Below are positions 63,100-64,000 of a stretch of DNA of 64,000 nucleotides, one piece after another. The stretch covers positions 558,001-622,000 of the forward strand of contig CAUYUJ010000114.1 of NCBI GenBank assembly GCA_963575745.1, in the 5' to 3' direction. Origin of the DNA: Prorocentrum cordatum (lineage: Eukaryota). The notes beneath the pieces were generated by a model, which worked only from the letters and a program-made list of their open reading frames with translations, ran no database searches and had not been told where the DNA came from. The first letter of the stretch is position 1; each line of letters opens with the position of its first letter. Position numbers and translations under genes: made by a program.

Positions 63100-63385
63100 C
63101 GGCAGACGGCGTCGGACCTCTTCGCGTCGCCGTCGCGCTCCTCTGGCCTGCCACCGAAAGACGCTCTACACACACACACACGGGCGCGACAGCTTTGGTC
63201 ACGAGGTCCGCCCGGCGCGAAGCCAGAGCCTGGACCGCGGCGAACGTGAAAAGGAACTCTGCGCGAACGTATTGATCCTGGCGTTGTGTGATCTATGTGG
63301 TGCGCAGTCTACGCGATGCAACCTGCATGGTAGAATGCCATGTTCTGCAACATGTGGTGTGCTATGTATGTTGTGCTATTCATGT

Positions 63386-64000
63386 GGGGCGGCGACGGCG
63401 GCCACATAGCCGCCAGATCGAAAACATGGCCCAGACGACGGGCGGCGACGAGGCGGCGACGGGGCGGCGACGGCGAGAACATAGCCGCCAGACCGAAGAC
63501 ACGGCCTGGGCGACGGGCGGCGACGAGGCGGCGACGGGGCGGCGACGTCGGCCACATAACAGCCGCCGGACCGAAGACACGGCCCAGTTTCTTCGAACAG
63601 ATGAGAGCGCTTAGGTGCAAGCATTGCCCTACAAGTAGCAACGCAGGCATCGCGAAGCAACACAAAGCAAGCAAGGCAAAGCGAAGCAATGCAACGGAAT
63701 GCCTAGCAAAATAGAAACGCAAAACACTGGAATGCCAAACCACGCAATGCAGTGCAAAGCAATGCAAGCAATGCAAAGCAACGCAAAGCGAATCAACACA
63801 AATCAACACAAAGTCACGCGAGCAATGCGAACCAACGCAATGCAATGCATATTCCAGGCTAGCAATGCGCAGGCGGCGACGAGGCGACGACGGGGCGGCG
63901 ACGGCGAGAACATAGCCGCCAGACCGAAGACGCGGCCCAGACGACGGGCGGCGACGAGGCGGCGACGGGGCGGCGGCGGCGGCCACGTAGCCGCCGGACC
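63386..64000. repeat. ~70-bp GC-rich tandem repeat interrupted by a GCAA-rich tract
   Basis: Unit ggcgacggcg..acatagccgccagaccgaagacacggccc..gacgggcggcgacgaggcggcgacgggg, about 5 copies. Confidence 0.85.

Noticed and set aside
61119..64000. Further SMC4 or globin-gene exons
   Set aside because: No segment with the expected residues was found by eye; very short exons could have been missed.

Overview
GC-rich, repeat-dense eukaryotic DNA. It is most likely dinoflagellate (Prorocentrum-like), inferred from a relict DinoSL spliced leader and GA/GC-AG introns. The window lies almost entirely inside one + strand gene. I can assemble 11 tiny exons (4096-55309) into the C-terminal coiled coil of condensin subunit SMC4, separated by 1-12 kb introns, none with a GT donor. 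The introns contain five notable things. (1) A very young, intact, endonuclease-less Penelope-like retroelement (25309-29465). It has identical 288-bp direct repeats, each with a minimal hammerhead ribozyme. A basic coiled-coil-like ORF1 is joined to the RT ORF by a canonical -1 slippery site, and the 5' junction is a telomerase-like reiterated, fold-back array. (2) An EF-hand retrogene with a relict spliced leader. (3) A three-globin-domain gene. (4) Several TIR-bearing MITE families whose target-site duplications create perfectly removable introns (introners) in all three genes. (5) Degenerate LINE, Copia-like and P-loop NTPase remnants, plus large microsatellites. Most ORFs in the supplied track are artefacts of microsatellites and GC-rich repeats. 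All exon and splice calls were made by eye and need RNA-seq.
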